Of a stretch of 46,297 nt of DNA, positions 30,001-40,290 are shown piece after piece. The position numbers were made by a program, and so were the translations under genes. This DNA is from Thermoplasmatota archaeon (GTDB lineage Archaea > Thermoplasmatota > E2 > DHVEG-1 > B18-G2). Every line of letters begins with the position of its first letter. Position 1 is the stretch's first letter. The notes under the pieces were generated by a model. That model saw only the letters and a list, made by a program, of their open reading frames with translations, had not been told where the DNA came from and did not search any database. The stretch is from contig JAPDJO010000005.1 in the NCBI GenBank assembly GCA_029259115.1, positions 1-46,297 on the forward strand. Reading direction: 5' to 3'.

Positions 30001-30210
30001 ACGGGAGGAGCAATATTGGCTGCTGCAATAACAACGATAGCAGGATTTGGAATACTCATCTTATCTCCTTTACCACCAGAGCAACAATTTGGTGTAATTA
30101 CCGCTATGAGTATATTTTATGCTCTCGTAACAACCATTGTTGTCCTCCCACCGGTTTTATATATCTATGGTAAATGGAGAGAAATTAGAGATAGATCTTC
30201 AGGACATTGA
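27025..30210 (+). CDS. MMPL/RND-family transporter
   Basis: Two repeats (EDFLPDD / EEFLPED); GLGVDYSVH and GLGVTYAIH; 1+5 TM pattern twice. Confidence 0.92.
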   Translation: MLPQLAKIVEKKPYAVILAATLITIIFSLFIPIMESGTNMEDFLPDDEVVRANQKVLEYFGESYEVLMVYVKDKNVTQPQAIKEQKLIAEKLSKKRFVEGVISLPFFLEHVCYMEYGKDIDNCSYQEISDAFKDVMSEKKSIILLAEPDPRESNIPAFADIKNAYLREDNSRLIFTIEVQDLSNLDIKELPGLSNSIEWSISFENRFIPDKMKISYRVSARLEPKSVWVFGERYLQNLRHIVTNLDLKRNLDHYERNVYLWIKPPRKGLYIPIKLKNSTFDIDLERNRIIINVSRDDLRSFGIAPKFGNMELPAKLEKMRIETRFYGLSRFNLPWFRLSVDSSLLSKMEKWFESRKLLKALYEKVLERFNISIEDASKFTQYTDKNHTLSLLDVDKNWKTLDTAPNRGYSKETFLLKPEFMKDLKESILSFLPKNGYDSTLMIVQINGTISRETLKELSKEIGDLLGEESKNKSISFEVTGSGIISYQIDKLTSKSNSIIAPGIFIAIMLILLLNFKRPSYVFLPLLGLGISIIWLFGTMSILHIKFNTIAVALVPLIMGLGVDYSVHMFHNYRAEISKGSTPAKAIASSIRDVGTAMFLATITTCISFLSFLTSSVPPVRDFGILCAIGIIYTFIVTISLQASLRYILDRRKPKSKLKVENHSLKITMEGIARRICKYGKGILLAALFVTIVMAYFASNVDTGFSMEEFLPEDAPAIKTMEKISEKFPSASQDQEYMLIEGDIANVNVLRDIRDTLLNIQDDTSVARNPDGSPRVESIISIIDEAVRYNKSIAEKFNLNANNIPRSNSEVKALLDYLYNSPDYSRETRSVLYKEGNKFKATLIRVYVSSEISSRGGDVVYRELSEDIENFGNAKATVTGMHSLIYTITKSLTESQASSTVVCLILAGIVLILAYRNVILGLISMIPVTLSSIWILGTMYLAGYTLNVMTVMVTSLTIGLGVTYAIHAVERYRLVMRRTGDVEKAVFETISHTGGAILAAAITTIAGFGILILSPLPPEQQFGVITAMSIFYALVTTIVVLPPVLYIYGKWREIRDRSSGH

Positions 30211-31063
30211 TGCCTGTTTTCAGTCCCATAGATCTCGCTACTGCAGTGCATTTTGTTCTGAGTAGATAAGCTATAGGTCTATAGTTGAGCTCCGAAAAAA
30301 CCTCATAATTTGCCATCCCTTTACATATTATTATATCCGCTTCCCGTAAATTCTTCTGCAAATTTTCAGGTATATTATCCAAATCCAAGCCAACAGCAAA
30401 TGTTCCCGTATCAAGTATTCCATCTACAACTTCTTCGAATCTCAGCCTTTCGGCGTCTTCTCTTGTAGCATCAGACAGTATAGGTTCACCTCTTACGACC
30501 AAGATTAACTTTACATTTGGATTGAATCTCTTTATCTCTCTGCAGAGAATTCTATCAAAGACTATCTCTCCGCAATTATCAGCTACAAACAAAGCCTTTT
30601 TTGCATTCGAAAGGATCTTTTTGAAGATATCATAATCGCTGTACCCAAGACCTTCTTCAAAGTAACTATCAAAAGCTTTTACCAAATCATCCGGATCTCT
30701 GCTTCCGCCTTCTATGCCAAAATCTAGAATATTTCCGATTATGGCAGAGATAATCGCGGATTTTAGAGGATCTTTAGCTCTTTTGACTCTTTCCTCGATC
30801 TTTGAAATCAAAGATAAAGCAACTTCGTTACTCCTCCTCTTTACATCTCGGTAAGGATCCTTTACGCCCAAACCATCGTATACTACCTTATGAACCTTGG
30901 TAGCTATAGTTGCACTACATTTATCCGGATCAAACTCCTGTAGTAGAGTTTCCATTGCTTTGATTAAAACCTCTTTCGAGAAAGAAGCATCTTTGCTTAC
31001 CAGTTCGATCTCGTATAAACATCTCCTCATCAGACAAGGAATACACTCGGGCTGAATCTTCAT
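30185..31063 (-). CDS. DUF89/ARMT1-like damage-control phosphatase
   Basis: ECIPC, DPYRDVK, GNILD, DNCGEIVFD, KGMANYE. Confidence 0.92.
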   Translation of the reverse strand: MKIQPECIPCLMRRCLYEIELVSKDASFSKEVLIKAMETLLQEFDPDKCSATIATKVHKVVYDGLGVKDPYRDVKRRSNEVALSLISKIEERVKRAKDPLKSAIISAIIGNILDFGIEGGSRDPDDLVKAFDSYFEEGLGYSDYDIFKKILSNAKKALFVADNCGEIVFDRILCREIKRFNPNVKLILVVRGEPILSDATREDAERLRFEEVVDGILDTGTFAVGLDLDNIPENLQKNLREADIIICKGMANYEVFSELNYRPIAYLLRTKCTAVARSMGLKTGINVLKIYL

Positions 31064-31084
31064 ACCTTTGTGGAAAAAGAGAGA

Positions 31085-32659
31085 CTATTTTAATATCTTG
31101 CTCAGGTAAAACCCATCATCTCTGTATCCCAACTTTCTGTAGTATTCCTTTACACCAACCCCACTCAAAACAAGGATCTTTTCGCAATCGAAGTCTTCTT
31201 TTGCTATCCTCTCAGCTTCCCTCACTAACATCTTACCTATTCCCCTGTGCTGAATTGCCAGATCTGATCTTTCTCCTATCTCTATCTCTCTCCCAACAAC
31301 CTTCAGTTCCCTTATAATCATAGATCTCTCTTCTGACAATTCCTTTATATAAGGATTTCCTGGTAGCCTTAATCTAAGATATCCTAAAAGAACACCATTC
31401 TCTCTATCCTCGAAAGAGAGAAACACCTCTTCTCCATCGCTTGCTGTGTAATCTGTTCTATGTACCTTCAGATTGTCAGGATCAAATTCTCTATCTGTGA
31501 AACCTATCTCTCTACACCTTATGCATTTGCACCTCAACCCTCTCTTCTCCATCTCATTTCTAACAATCTGTCTGAGATTACTCTCCTTTATTCCTGCCTC
31601 TATTCTATTTGATGGAACATCCCTTTCTATCCTCTGTATCCTTGTCCATTCGGGTATCATGCTCTTAACTCTACATAAAAGTTCAATAACTTCAGAAGTT
31701 TCCAAAGGTTTGTACTCTCCTCTTTTCCACATCTCATAGAGTTCTGTTCCCTTGATAACCAAGGTCGGATAGATCTTGAGCATATCTGGCTTGAATCTAG
31801 AATCCTCAAATATCGTTCTGAAAGCTTCCAGATCCATATCAAGATCGGATCCAGGTAATCCTGGCATCATGTGATAGCATACCTTTAGACCAGCATCTTT
31901 TGCTAACCTTGTTGCCAGGATGGAATCATAAACAGTATGTCCTCTACTCATCTTATCCAAGACAGAATCAAAAACAGTTTGTACCCCTATCTCCACTCTA
32001 GTAGCTCCGTATCTAAGCATATCCTCTATTTGATTCATCCTGCACCAATCTGGGCGAGTCTCTATGGTTAAACCTATGCATCTTGATCTAGCTCTCTCAT
32101 TCTTTCTCTTTGCCTCTTCCAGATCTTTGCTATCAGAATTGTTCATTCCATCAAAACATCTCTTTATGAACCACTCTCTGTAAAAAGGATCCCTTGCCAT
32201 AAACGTTCCACCCATCACTATGAAGTCTATCTTGTCAACAGCATGTCCTATCTCTTCAAGCTGTTCTATCCTGTTTCTGGTCTGAAGAAAGGGATCAAAG
32301 TTGTTATTTATGGCTCTCATCGCTGCCGGCTCAAAGCCAGTATAGCTCTGGGGCGTGTTTACCTCGATACCTCCAGGACAAGGTTTGCATCTACCATGTG
32401 GGCATTTCTCTGGAGACGTCATAACCGCAACAACAGTTACTCCAGATGCGGTTCTTGCCGGCTTCTTCCTCAGAATCTCCAGGATATCATCTTTTTTCAT
32501 ATCTTCAGGTAGTCTTTTCAGAATTTCACTATCTGGAGGAATCTTACTTAGATTGTAACGCTTACACAACCTAATCTTTGCCCTATGTAGATCCTTCTTT
32601 GATCTAATGCTACCTTTACGCAGTTCTTGAATAATGTCTCTGTAGAATCCATCTTCCAT
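31085..32659 (-). CDS. elp3: tRNA uridine(34) acetyltransferase Elp3 (radical SAM + GNAT)
   Basis: CPHGRCKPCPGG, PQSYTG, IETRPD, QHRGIG, GVKEYYRKLGY. Confidence 0.96.
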   Translation of the reverse strand: MEDGFYRDIIQELRKGSIRSKKDLHRAKIRLCKRYNLSKIPPDSEILKRLPEDMKKDDILEILRKKPARTASGVTVVAVMTSPEKCPHGRCKPCPGGIEVNTPQSYTGFEPAAMRAINNNFDPFLQTRNRIEQLEEIGHAVDKIDFIVMGGTFMARDPFYREWFIKRCFDGMNNSDSKDLEEAKRKNERARSRCIGLTIETRPDWCRMNQIEDMLRYGATRVEIGVQTVFDSVLDKMSRGHTVYDSILATRLAKDAGLKVCYHMMPGLPGSDLDMDLEAFRTIFEDSRFKPDMLKIYPTLVIKGTELYEMWKRGEYKPLETSEVIELLCRVKSMIPEWTRIQRIERDVPSNRIEAGIKESNLRQIVRNEMEKRGLRCKCIRCREIGFTDREFDPDNLKVHRTDYTASDGEEVFLSFEDRENGVLLGYLRLRLPGNPYIKELSEERSMIIRELKVVGREIEIGERSDLAIQHRGIGKMLVREAERIAKEDFDCEKILVLSGVGVKEYYRKLGYRDDGFYLSKILK

Positions 32660-32753
32660 CTTACCATATTATTGTAGGATAAGGATATAACGTTTTCCTC
32701 AAGGAAGATTTATAAATAAAAAACTGTTTTGGGTCTTCACCAGGTGAATCCTT

Positions 32754-33263
32754 ATGGCCAGAAAACCAAACAGGATGTATAGGGATATTAAAGGACAGCC
32801 AACAACCAGAAAGGAATATCTAAAAGGAGTACCAAATCCAAAAATAACCCAATTCGATATGGGCAACAGGAAAGAAACGTTTCCAATCAAGATATCCCTA
32901 CTCGTAGAAGAAGCTTGCCATATAAGACACAATGCATTGGATGCTGCCAGAGTTGCAGCAAACAGATTTATGGAGAAGTCTGCGGGAGTTTCAAACTATC
33001 ATCTTAAGGTTAGAGTATACCCTCATGTTATCCTGAGGGAAAATAAGCAAGCAACTGGAGCAGGCGCAGATAGAGTTTCACAGGGAATGAGAAAAGCTTA
33101 TGGAAAGCCAGTAGGTACAGCAGCAAGGGTTAGACCAAACCAGCCGATAATCACCATAGAAACAAAACAGCAGTTCGTTGATAAAGCAAAAGAAGCATTG
33201 AGAAGAGCTGGAATGAAAATCCCTTCACCTGTTAGGATAGTTATAGAAGGACATGCTCAATGA
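32754..33263 (+). CDS. rpl10e: 50S ribosomal protein L10e (uL16)
   Basis: [30 protein letters not shown]. Confidence 0.97.
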   Translation: MARKPNRMYRDIKGQPTTRKEYLKGVPNPKITQFDMGNRKETFPIKISLLVEEACHIRHNALDAARVAANRFMEKSAGVSNYHLKVRVYPHVILRENKQATGAGADRVSQGMRKAYGKPVGTAARVRPNQPIITIETKQQFVDKAKEALRRAGMKIPSPVRIVIEGHAQ

Positions 33264-34615
33264 AGCAGAGAATATGCATATTTTAGGAGTAGAGGGTATA
33301 TAACTAAGAATAGGATTAATAGTGAAATAGAAGTCATCACTACCTTCGTTATCTTTTCCTTCTTGTCTTTCTTAACCCTAAACCTTTCGAGAACACTATC
33401 CAAGACATCCTGCATCAGGTAGCCTCCATCGAGAGGAATCATAGGCAGAACATTGAATAAACCAACCGCAAGGTTTAGCCAGAATATCCAGTATATCGCA
33501 TTTGCGAGAGACCAGAATATATTTGGAGAGGATGCAAATATGCCTTTTATTTCATAGAATTTGGTGTAAGGTTCGGTTATTGGGTTATAGCCATTGAAAA
33601 ATGTGCTGAGCGGCATTACATACAGATAGAGAAAACTTCCTGGGAATTTATTGAAGGGATTTTTCAAGATGGAAAGCTCATATTTATATCCAGTCGTTGG
33701 TCCTACTCCTAAAAATCCTTTCCCCCTATCTTTTTCATCTTTTGTAAACGTATACTTATCAGCAAGTTTTACACTTGTGTTAAAGGTCTTTCCATTTTTG
33801 TAAAATTTTATTGGTACAGTTTGATTCGCGTAAGTTTTATTCATAGCAACAAAGAAGTCATCTATATTGCTAATCTTACTTCCATTTATCTCTAGTATTA
33901 TCGATCCAAATTCCAGACCTATGCTCTGAGCAGGGGAATCCTTAACTATATATCTAACTCCTACCCCATCAGCGGCCACGCTTACAGAGTTCATAAGAAT
34001 GAAAGAAAAGATCAGGAGACAGACTATTGAGACTAGAAGATTCATGGCAGGACCTGATGCAAAAACTCTCATCCTTTTCTTTCTCTCTATCTTTTTTAAT
34101 TCTTCTTCATCTGGTTCAACAAACGCTCCAACAGGAAAGATAAAAGCCAATATGCCCATGCTCTTTATCTCCAAACCTTGAGACGCTCCAGATATACCAT
34201 GAGAAAATTCGTGAAAAATTATTGCTACGATTATTGCTATTATAGTATATCCTACAGGTAGTATGGGATTAACGCCGGGTATTATAAGAACCATATTAAC
34301 TCCAGGTAGCTTCTCTGCAACCTCTTTAGTTATATGCTCTCCCAGCCACCAGAATTGCCAAAGCAAAAGAAGAACCATAGCAACCATCGTTACGAAGCAT
34401 ACTACTATACTAATGTTTCCAAACCATATCCAAAATCTTTTCTTCCTAGACAATCTATATATCAAATCCTTACCTTTTTCGGTTCTTATCATCAAAAAAG
34501 GGCCATACAGAGATATATTGTATCTTTTCAACACACCTTTACGATCTAGGAATACGATTATTCCCACGTAGAGAGCAATTATCAATATTATCAGGAAAAT
34601 CTCAAAGGATAGCAC
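33257..34615 (-). CDS. Site-2 protease (M50) with PDZ domain
   Basis: [28 protein letters not shown]; PDZ segment DSPAQSIGL. Confidence 0.93.
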   Translation of the reverse strand: MLSFEIFLIILIIALYVGIIVFLDRKGVLKRYNISLYGPFLMIRTEKGKDLIYRLSRKKRFWIWFGNISIVVCFVTMVAMVLLLLWQFWWLGEHITKEVAEKLPGVNMVLIIPGVNPILPVGYTIIAIIVAIIFHEFSHGISGASQGLEIKSMGILAFIFPVGAFVEPDEEELKKIERKKRMRVFASGPAMNLLVSIVCLLIFSFILMNSVSVAADGVGVRYIVKDSPAQSIGLEFGSIILEINGSKISNIDDFFVAMNKTYANQTVPIKFYKNGKTFNTSVKLADKYTFTKDEKDRGKGFLGVGPTTGYKYELSILKNPFNKFPGSFLYLYVMPLSTFFNGYNPITEPYTKFYEIKGIFASSPNIFWSLANAIYWIFWLNLAVGLFNVLPMIPLDGGYLMQDVLDSVLERFRVKKDKKEKITKVVMTSISLLILFLVIYPLLLKYAYSLLH

Positions 34616-34644
34616 AAGCGAGAATATGTTTCCCTTTATTAAAT

Positions 34645-35325
34645 CTATGTCAGAAAAACCAGATCATCAATTTCTTTCAGTAATCTCCTACACCATTCGA
34701 GTTTTTTTCTTTTTATAGCAATATCTCTAGTGAAAGAATACTCTCCTATTTCTCCGTCAAAATCAAACCCTATCAAATAAATCTTCGAAGCATTAAGAGC
34801 CTTGGCCAGAAAAGCAGCCCTGTCTCCATCTGTAAATCCGCCGAAGTTGAACAACCTCTCAAATTTTGAAGAATCAACTTGAGTAGTTCCTATGGTGTTG
34901 CTAAACTTACTTCCAAACTCCTTTATTTTATCCATGTTGTCGCCATGCGCATGAATAACAACTATACTCCCCTCTTCATCTGCTTTCAGCAAATCTTCGA
35001 TTTTGCCATCTAAGTCTGTAATTACGATATCTGGAGTAATCCCTTTCTCTAGTAAGGCAGATGTTGCTCCATCTGCAGATATCTTTGTTAACCTTTCTAT
35101 GAGTTTTCTATACTTGTCTATACTTTTCAGTAAAGATGGACCGGCGCCGAATACTACGACTTCCTTTCCGTTTATTAAACTCCTCAATCTTTCAAAAACA
35201 ACATCAACATCTTTGTTTCTCAGAATATTGTCCAAGATCTTTGCACTCTCTATATCCTCATCTTCAGAGTATCCAAAATCGTTGATTATGGATCTGTAGA
35301 ATATTTTCCATTTCTCATACTCCAT
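34645..35325 (-). CDS. mptE: 6-hydroxymethyl-7,8-dihydropterin pyrophosphokinase (DUF115)
   Basis: GAGPSL, ADGAT, TDLDG, HAHGDN, GGFTDGDRA, GFDF. Confidence 0.9.
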   Translation of the reverse strand: MEYEKWKIFYRSIINDFGYSEDEDIESAKILDNILRNKDVDVVFERLRSLINGKEVVVFGAGPSLLKSIDKYRKLIERLTKISADGATSALLEKGITPDIVITDLDGKIEDLLKADEEGSIVVIHAHGDNMDKIKEFGSKFSNTIGTTQVDSSKFERLFNFGGFTDGDRAAFLAKALNASKIYLIGFDFDGEIGEYSFTRDIAIKRKKLEWCRRLLKEIDDLVFLT

Positions 35326-36446
35326 CAGCTCCCCTCTATGGCTTTTTCCTCGATTTCAACCATGAAAACCTCTTTAACATAGTGATAGCTCACGACACCT
35401 GCTATTGCTATAAGTATGCCTATTATGAGATCTGTAAGTGATGAAGGTGAGTTTCGCAGTATATAGAATGGATTTGCAGAAGGCCCATACAATATCTGAT
35501 AAAGAATCTCAAGAACTCCATTTCCTATAAATCCAAAGGATAGCAGCGAAAAGGGAGCAAGCCAGTACTTCCAAGGATTCCTATTCCTCACTTTCGTATC
35601 TATAGCCCTGCCAAACACGACCAGTAGACCTGCTCCAACTATTCCCCAGATTATGTTTTTGGTGAACACAACAAAGAAATGCCAAGCCGTTGGTGTGGCA
35701 GGAGAAGATGGAAGAGTAGTCTGATTATAGGCATATAAGGCGCTGGCTACGAATATTAAGACAGCTATACCTGTAGTGTATATCGATATTTTTCCAGTTA
35801 GAAATCCAGATTTAAGTTCTTCCCATACTAAAGCAACGCCTCTTTCCCATTTCATAGCTCTTATTAAGAGATATGCTCCTAAAGTAAGGACTATTGCACT
35901 AAATCCTGCGTGAGTCATATTTAGGAGGGCAAAAACAGACCAGACTATCAAAACCAAAGCTATTGGCAAAAGAAACTGCTTTCTTACCTTTTCATCCTCC
36001 ATCATCTTTACTATCCTGTAATAGGTATCTTCTACCGCCCTACTCTGCTTTACGGTTACTCTTCTTATGGATCTTATCCTAGCTCTGGATTCGACTATCG
36101 GAAGGATATATTCATCCTCGGCTCCATCAGTTACTAGGATAACCTCATTTGCTTTTGTTTTCTCTAAAACATAATCCAGCTGATCAGCTATCCTTTGATC
36201 AGACTTTACACCGACAGCTATATCTCCGCACAATGTAGCAATCTCAACATTCTTCCCGCTATTTCTGAGCTGATCATATAAAGATATAGCTGCAAACAGA
36301 GAGTTAACATCAGAATCCTCAGGATCTACAAGGGCTAATTTTTCTGCTGCCTTCAGATTTTCCTCCCTTCCAATTATAGGAGATTCTATCTTTGCCTTTC
36401 TGCCTAGATCATCGTCTCTATCTATGTTCAATACCAATATCTTCAT
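35325..36446 (-). CDS. DUF373-family membrane protein
   Basis: LNIDRDDDLGRK, DPEDSDVN, TDGAEDE, VKQS; multi-TM C-terminal half. Confidence 0.88.
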   Translation of the reverse strand: MKILVLNIDRDDDLGRKAKIESPIIGREENLKAAEKLALVDPEDSDVNSLFAAISLYDQLRNSGKNVEIATLCGDIAVGVKSDQRIADQLDYVLEKTKANEVILVTDGAEDEYILPIVESRARIRSIRRVTVKQSRAVEDTYYRIVKMMEDEKVRKQFLLPIALVLIVWSVFALLNMTHAGFSAIVLTLGAYLLIRAMKWERGVALVWEELKSGFLTGKISIYTTGIAVLIFVASALYAYNQTTLPSSPATPTAWHFFVVFTKNIIWGIVGAGLLVVFGRAIDTKVRNRNPWKYWLAPFSLLSFGFIGNGVLEILYQILYGPSANPFYILRNSPSSLTDLIIGILIAIAGVVSYHYVKEVFMVEIEEKAIEGS

Positions 36447-36486
36447 GAACCCAATTAAGAGAATCCCTTTGAATATATAAGAATAT

Positions 36487-37401
36487 TTATGATGATAGCT
36501 CTCCAAACTTTGATTTATATACCTCTAAAACATCATTCCAAGATGGTATATTCTCCTGAGCACCTATACCTTGAATTATGAAATGCGACACTATCGATCC
36601 TATCCTGCATGAAATAACTTCATTGTATCCTTTCATTATACCAACGAGAAATCCAGCCCTGTGAGAGTCTCCTGCACCTGTTGGATCTTTAATCTCTTTA
36701 ACTTTAACAGCCGGGATATCAAGACGATCCTCTTTGGTGTAGATCCTTGACCCTTTCTCCCCCATGCTCACTATAATTGCTTTTGTATTATCTGAAAAGA
36801 GTTCCCTGATATCTTTGACTCTCATCTCTCTTGATATGTAATCCGCTTCATATTCGTTGAAAAACAGATAGTCTGCATATGCTAAACAGTTGATTATATC
36901 CTCTTTTACATTTCTGTGGAACATTTCCTGACCGGGATCAAAGCTTACTATGCAATTTTCCCTCTTTGCATCCCTCATAAGATTCTCATAAACGCTTATT
37001 TCCCCAGCCGAAAAATGCACACATCTATATTTCGAGAAATCCACCTTCCTGTAAGAAAGTCTGGATGATGCTCCAGAGTAATAGTATATTTGTTGATTCC
37101 CCTTATCATCTGAGAACATGAAGGATCTTGCGGTTATGTCATCTACATACTGTAGATTTTCTATATTTATCCCCATTTCCAACAACTTCTTCTCATAATC
37201 AGAATCCTTGAAATCTTTGCCAACCGAGGAGTAAAGAGAGGAGTTTATCCCTAATTTTTTTGCCACAACAGCCACATTCCCTGCGCAGCCGCCAAAGCAT
37301 AGCTTTAGCTCATCTACAGATGTTGCCTCGTTCTTTCTTGGTAAGAACTTCACCCTCGATATGAAATCAAATGCTATGTTTCCAACTACCAGTAAGCTCA
37401 C
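36487..37401 (-). CDS. PfkB-family carbohydrate/nucleoside kinase
   Basis: GGCAGNVA, FDPGQ, FNEYE, DPTGAGD; likely GTG start at 37401 (track start 37428). Confidence 0.92.
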   Translation of the reverse strand: MSLLVVGNIAFDFISRVKFLPRKNEATSVDELKLCFGGCAGNVAVVAKKLGINSSLYSSVGKDFKDSDYEKKLLEMGINIENLQYVDDITARSFMFSDDKGNQQIYYYSGASSRLSYRKVDFSKYRCVHFSAGEISVYENLMRDAKRENCIVSFDPGQEMFHRNVKEDIINCLAYADYLFFNEYEADYISREMRVKDIRELFSDNTKAIIVSMGEKGSRIYTKEDRLDIPAVKVKEIKDPTGAGDSHRAGFLVGIMKGYNEVISCRIGSIVSHFIIQGIGAQENIPSWNDVLEVYKSKFGELSS

Positions 37402-37424
37402 GAGAAATGTTATGCTAAAGATAT

Positions 37425-38609
37425 TCAAAAATCTTCTACCAACTTCCTTAGATCTATGAGCCTGAAACCAATTTCACATGGATGACCGGGAGAATAGAGA
37501 GCAAGATAATCGTCTGGCTTGATTATTATTGAACATATGGTTCCGTAGGTTATACCATGTCTGCATATATCAAAACTATCTCCAATTTTCAAGAAATTTC
37601 CATGATCTTTCGTGAGAACATCTATGTAAAATTTCTCATCTATTTCTCCAATATTATTTCTGAGCAGTTTGTAAGCCCTCTCTAATCTCAATTTTGAACT
37701 CAGCATGTAATAGCTACTAAGGTCTTCTTTGTATAGATACTGGTAGTGATTTGTCGCAGCTAATATGTTATCATATACAAAGATCGCCTTAGAATGGTTA
37801 TACTCAACTAACATTTGTTTTCCAGATGAATCACTCCATATTGAATTAAGAGTCGCTGTTAAACCGAATGCCGTAAATACAGATCTCAGACCAGCCTCTC
37901 TCTCGTTGCTCTCATAGATTCTCCTAACTTCTTCTACATCTCTGCACCCCTCCATAGCAAGATGATTCAATTCCAAAGGCGTTAACCCTTCTCCAAAATC
38001 GTTTGATACTACAGTAGCATATACACATGCTAAACCCTTTTCATTTAACAGACCAAAGCCAAATATGGAAGGGATAGAGCTGACCTCAACATATCTGTAT
38101 CTTCCTTCTATCTCACATATCACTATTGGAGGTGGTCTTAGATACCTGGAGAAAAGAAACTTGTAGAGATAGTTCAGATCAAGATTCCAAGATAGATATC
38201 TTTTACCATCTTTGGTTACATCTCTAGCAACGCCAGTTATCGTACATCCTGCCTTTATGCTGGATAGAGCGAGAGAGTATCTTACAACATCAGATGTATT
38301 TAAGCTAAGAGATTTGCTCAATCCCCTCAATCTTTCGAGAAACTCAGGATATCTTGATTTCAATATCTCTATGTGAGAATCAACATCCAAATCATTGAAA
38401 CTTTTTCCAAATATTACTTTACACAGTAAGAATAATTTCTTGTAATAGGACCTAAACATGTACCCCTGCTTATAGCCAAGTTCGTAATGGGATTTTGCCT
38501 TTATGACAGGAATATCGAAAACTTCTTTATCATCTCCAAGGGTGATAACACTTAAATTTGGAAGCAAGAAGAGGATAGATAATGCTGTTGCTAGAAGTCT
38601 CTTCATCAC
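37425..38609 (-). CDS. Secreted C45-family Ntn-hydrolase/peptidase
   Basis: Signal-like N-terminus; G-CT nucleophile site, SWNLD, GLLNEKGL, ATNHY, SSKLR. Confidence 0.8.
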   Translation of the reverse strand: MMKRLLATALSILFLLPNLSVITLGDDKEVFDIPVIKAKSHYELGYKQGYMFRSYYKKLFLLCKVIFGKSFNDLDVDSHIEILKSRYPEFLERLRGLSKSLSLNTSDVVRYSLALSSIKAGCTITGVARDVTKDGKRYLSWNLDLNYLYKFLFSRYLRPPPIVICEIEGRYRYVEVSSIPSIFGFGLLNEKGLACVYATVVSNDFGEGLTPLELNHLAMEGCRDVEEVRRIYESNEREAGLRSVFTAFGLTATLNSIWSDSSGKQMLVEYNHSKAIFVYDNILAATNHYQYLYKEDLSSYYMLSSKLRLERAYKLLRNNIGEIDEKFYIDVLTKDHGNFLKIGDSFDICRHGITYGTICSIIIKPDDYLALYSPGHPCEIGFRLIDLRKLVEDF

Positions 38610-38661
38610 AATTTATAATATTAACAAAACCCAAATATACCTTTTTACCTATTCTCAGGGT

Positions 38662-40290
38662 ATGCCAGTTATAAACTTCAGCTACAGAGACCTTGTCACT
38701 CTGATGGGAAGAGAGATAGACAAGAATGATTTTCTTGAGAGAATCCCTCTAATCGGGTGCGAGATAGAAAGAGTGGAGGGAGATGAGATAGGGATAGAAA
38801 TCTTTCCAGATAGACCTGACATGAATTCAGTAGAGGGCATAGCAAGGGCTGCAAGGAGCTTTTTCGGATTGGAAAAAGGGTTAAAGAGATATGATGTGAG
38901 TGATTCAGATATTGTAACATATGTTGATGGATCTGTCAAGGATGTTAGACCAGTGATTGTTACAGCCCTAATTAAGAATGTTGAGATGAGCGACGAGCTA
39001 ATAGCGTCGCTGATGGATCTCCAGGAGAAACTTCACCAGGGTATAGGTAGGAATAGAAAAAAGATAGCGATAGGGGTGCATGATTTTGACAAAGTTAAAC
39101 CTCCTTTCACATATAAAGCTGTAGATCCAAAATCTGTAAGATTCATTCCCCTCAATTCCTACGAGGAGATGGATCTTGTAGAGATTTTAGAGAGACATCC
39201 AAAAGGTATAGAGTACGGTCATCTCCTAAAGGGAAAGAGGCTTTACCCCATTCTTGTCGATTCCCAAGAAAATGTCCTATCCTTCCCTCCGATAATCAAT
39301 GGTACATTAACCGAGGTTACTCCATCTACAAAAAACATCTTCATAGATGTAACAGGAATCGATAGAGAGACAGCCAGCCTAGCTTTGAACATCATCTCGA
39401 CAGCTTTAGCTGAGAGAGGTGGAGAGATCTACAGAACAAAAGTGATTGACAATGGAGAAAAATTATATCCGGATCTGGAGCCAAGGGAGATGAAGGTGAA
39501 AAAAAGCTATGCGGAGAGCATTATAGGTATGAGATTTAAACCAGAGGAGATAAGAGAAAGTTTACTGAGGATGGGATATGATGTGAAGATAGATGGAGAT
39601 GAGATTCTGCTAAAGGTGCCAGCCTGGCGCGGAGACATTCTGCATGAGATAGATATAGTAGAGGATATAGCCATAGGTTATGGTTTTGATAGGATAGAGC
39701 CCGAGAATCCAAAGTATTTGACCTATGGAAAACCCTTGGAAAAAGCCAGATTAATCAAGAAACTGAGAACCATAATGATAGGTCTTGGATTCTATGAGGT
39801 AGAAACTCTAACTTTATCCAATGAGAAGGATGAGTTTGATAAGCTAGGGATGAAGAGAGGAAAAATCGTGAAAATAGAAAATCCGATAAGTGAGGAGTAT
39901 ACTTGCTTGAGAAAATCTTTACTCCCATCTCTATTAAAGATATGCAGGGCAAATAGGCACAGATCTCTACCTCAAAGGATATTTGAGATAGGTTATATAG
40001 TCAATGAAAGGGCAAAGAATGAGTTGCATTTGTCTTTCTTGGAGATTGATGAAAAAACGAACTTCAGCAGATGCAAATCTCTATTTGAAGCCATATCGAG
40101 AGATGCTGGTATTGATATGAAGATAAAGAGATCGAATCATCCCGCCTTCATAGAGGGGAGATGTGCGGGTATCTTGTACAAAGAAAAGGAGATAGGCTTT
40201 TTTGGAGAGATCCATCCCAGAACTCTGGTAGAGTTTGAACTGGAGCATCCAGGAATAGCTCTTGAGATCAATCTAGAGCATTTAGAGTGA
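38662..40290 (+). CDS. pheT: Phenylalanine--tRNA ligase beta subunit
   Basis: MPVI, DRPDMNSVEGIAR, LQEKLH, SFPPIING, RGDILHEIDIVEDIAIGYG; start at 38662. Confidence 0.96.
   Translation: MPVINFSYRDLVTLMGREIDKNDFLERIPLIGCEIERVEGDEIGIEIFPDRPDMNSVEGIARAARSFFGLEKGLKRYDVSDSDIVTYVDGSVKDVRPVIVTALIKNVEMSDELIASLMDLQEKLHQGIGRNRKKIAIGVHDFDKVKPPFTYKAVDPKSVRFIPLNSYEEMDLVEILERHPKGIEYGHLLKGKRLYPILVDSQENVLSFPPIINGTLTEVTPSTKNIFIDVTGIDRETASLALNIISTALAERGGEIYRTKVIDNGEKLYPDLEPREMKVKKSYAESIIGMRFKPEEIRESLLRMGYDVKIDGDEILLKVPAWRGDILHEIDIVEDIAIGYGFDRIEPENPKYLTYGKPLEKARLIKKLRTIMIGLGFYEVETLTLSNEKDEFDKLGMKRGKIVKIENPISEEYTCLRKSLLPSLLKICRANRHRSLPQRIFEIGYIVNERAKNELHLSFLEIDEKTNFSRCKSLFEAISRDAGIDMKIKRSNHPAFIEGRCAGILYKEKEIGFFGEIHPRTLVEFELEHPGIALEINLEHLE

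Noticed and set aside
38503-38661. N-terminal extensions in the ORF track (pheT; also purP-like, traB, rpoN, rpl41e, PAP2, DUF373)
   Set aside because: The extensions overlap neighbouring genes or promoters; downstream starts match family N-termini and SD/TATA spacing.
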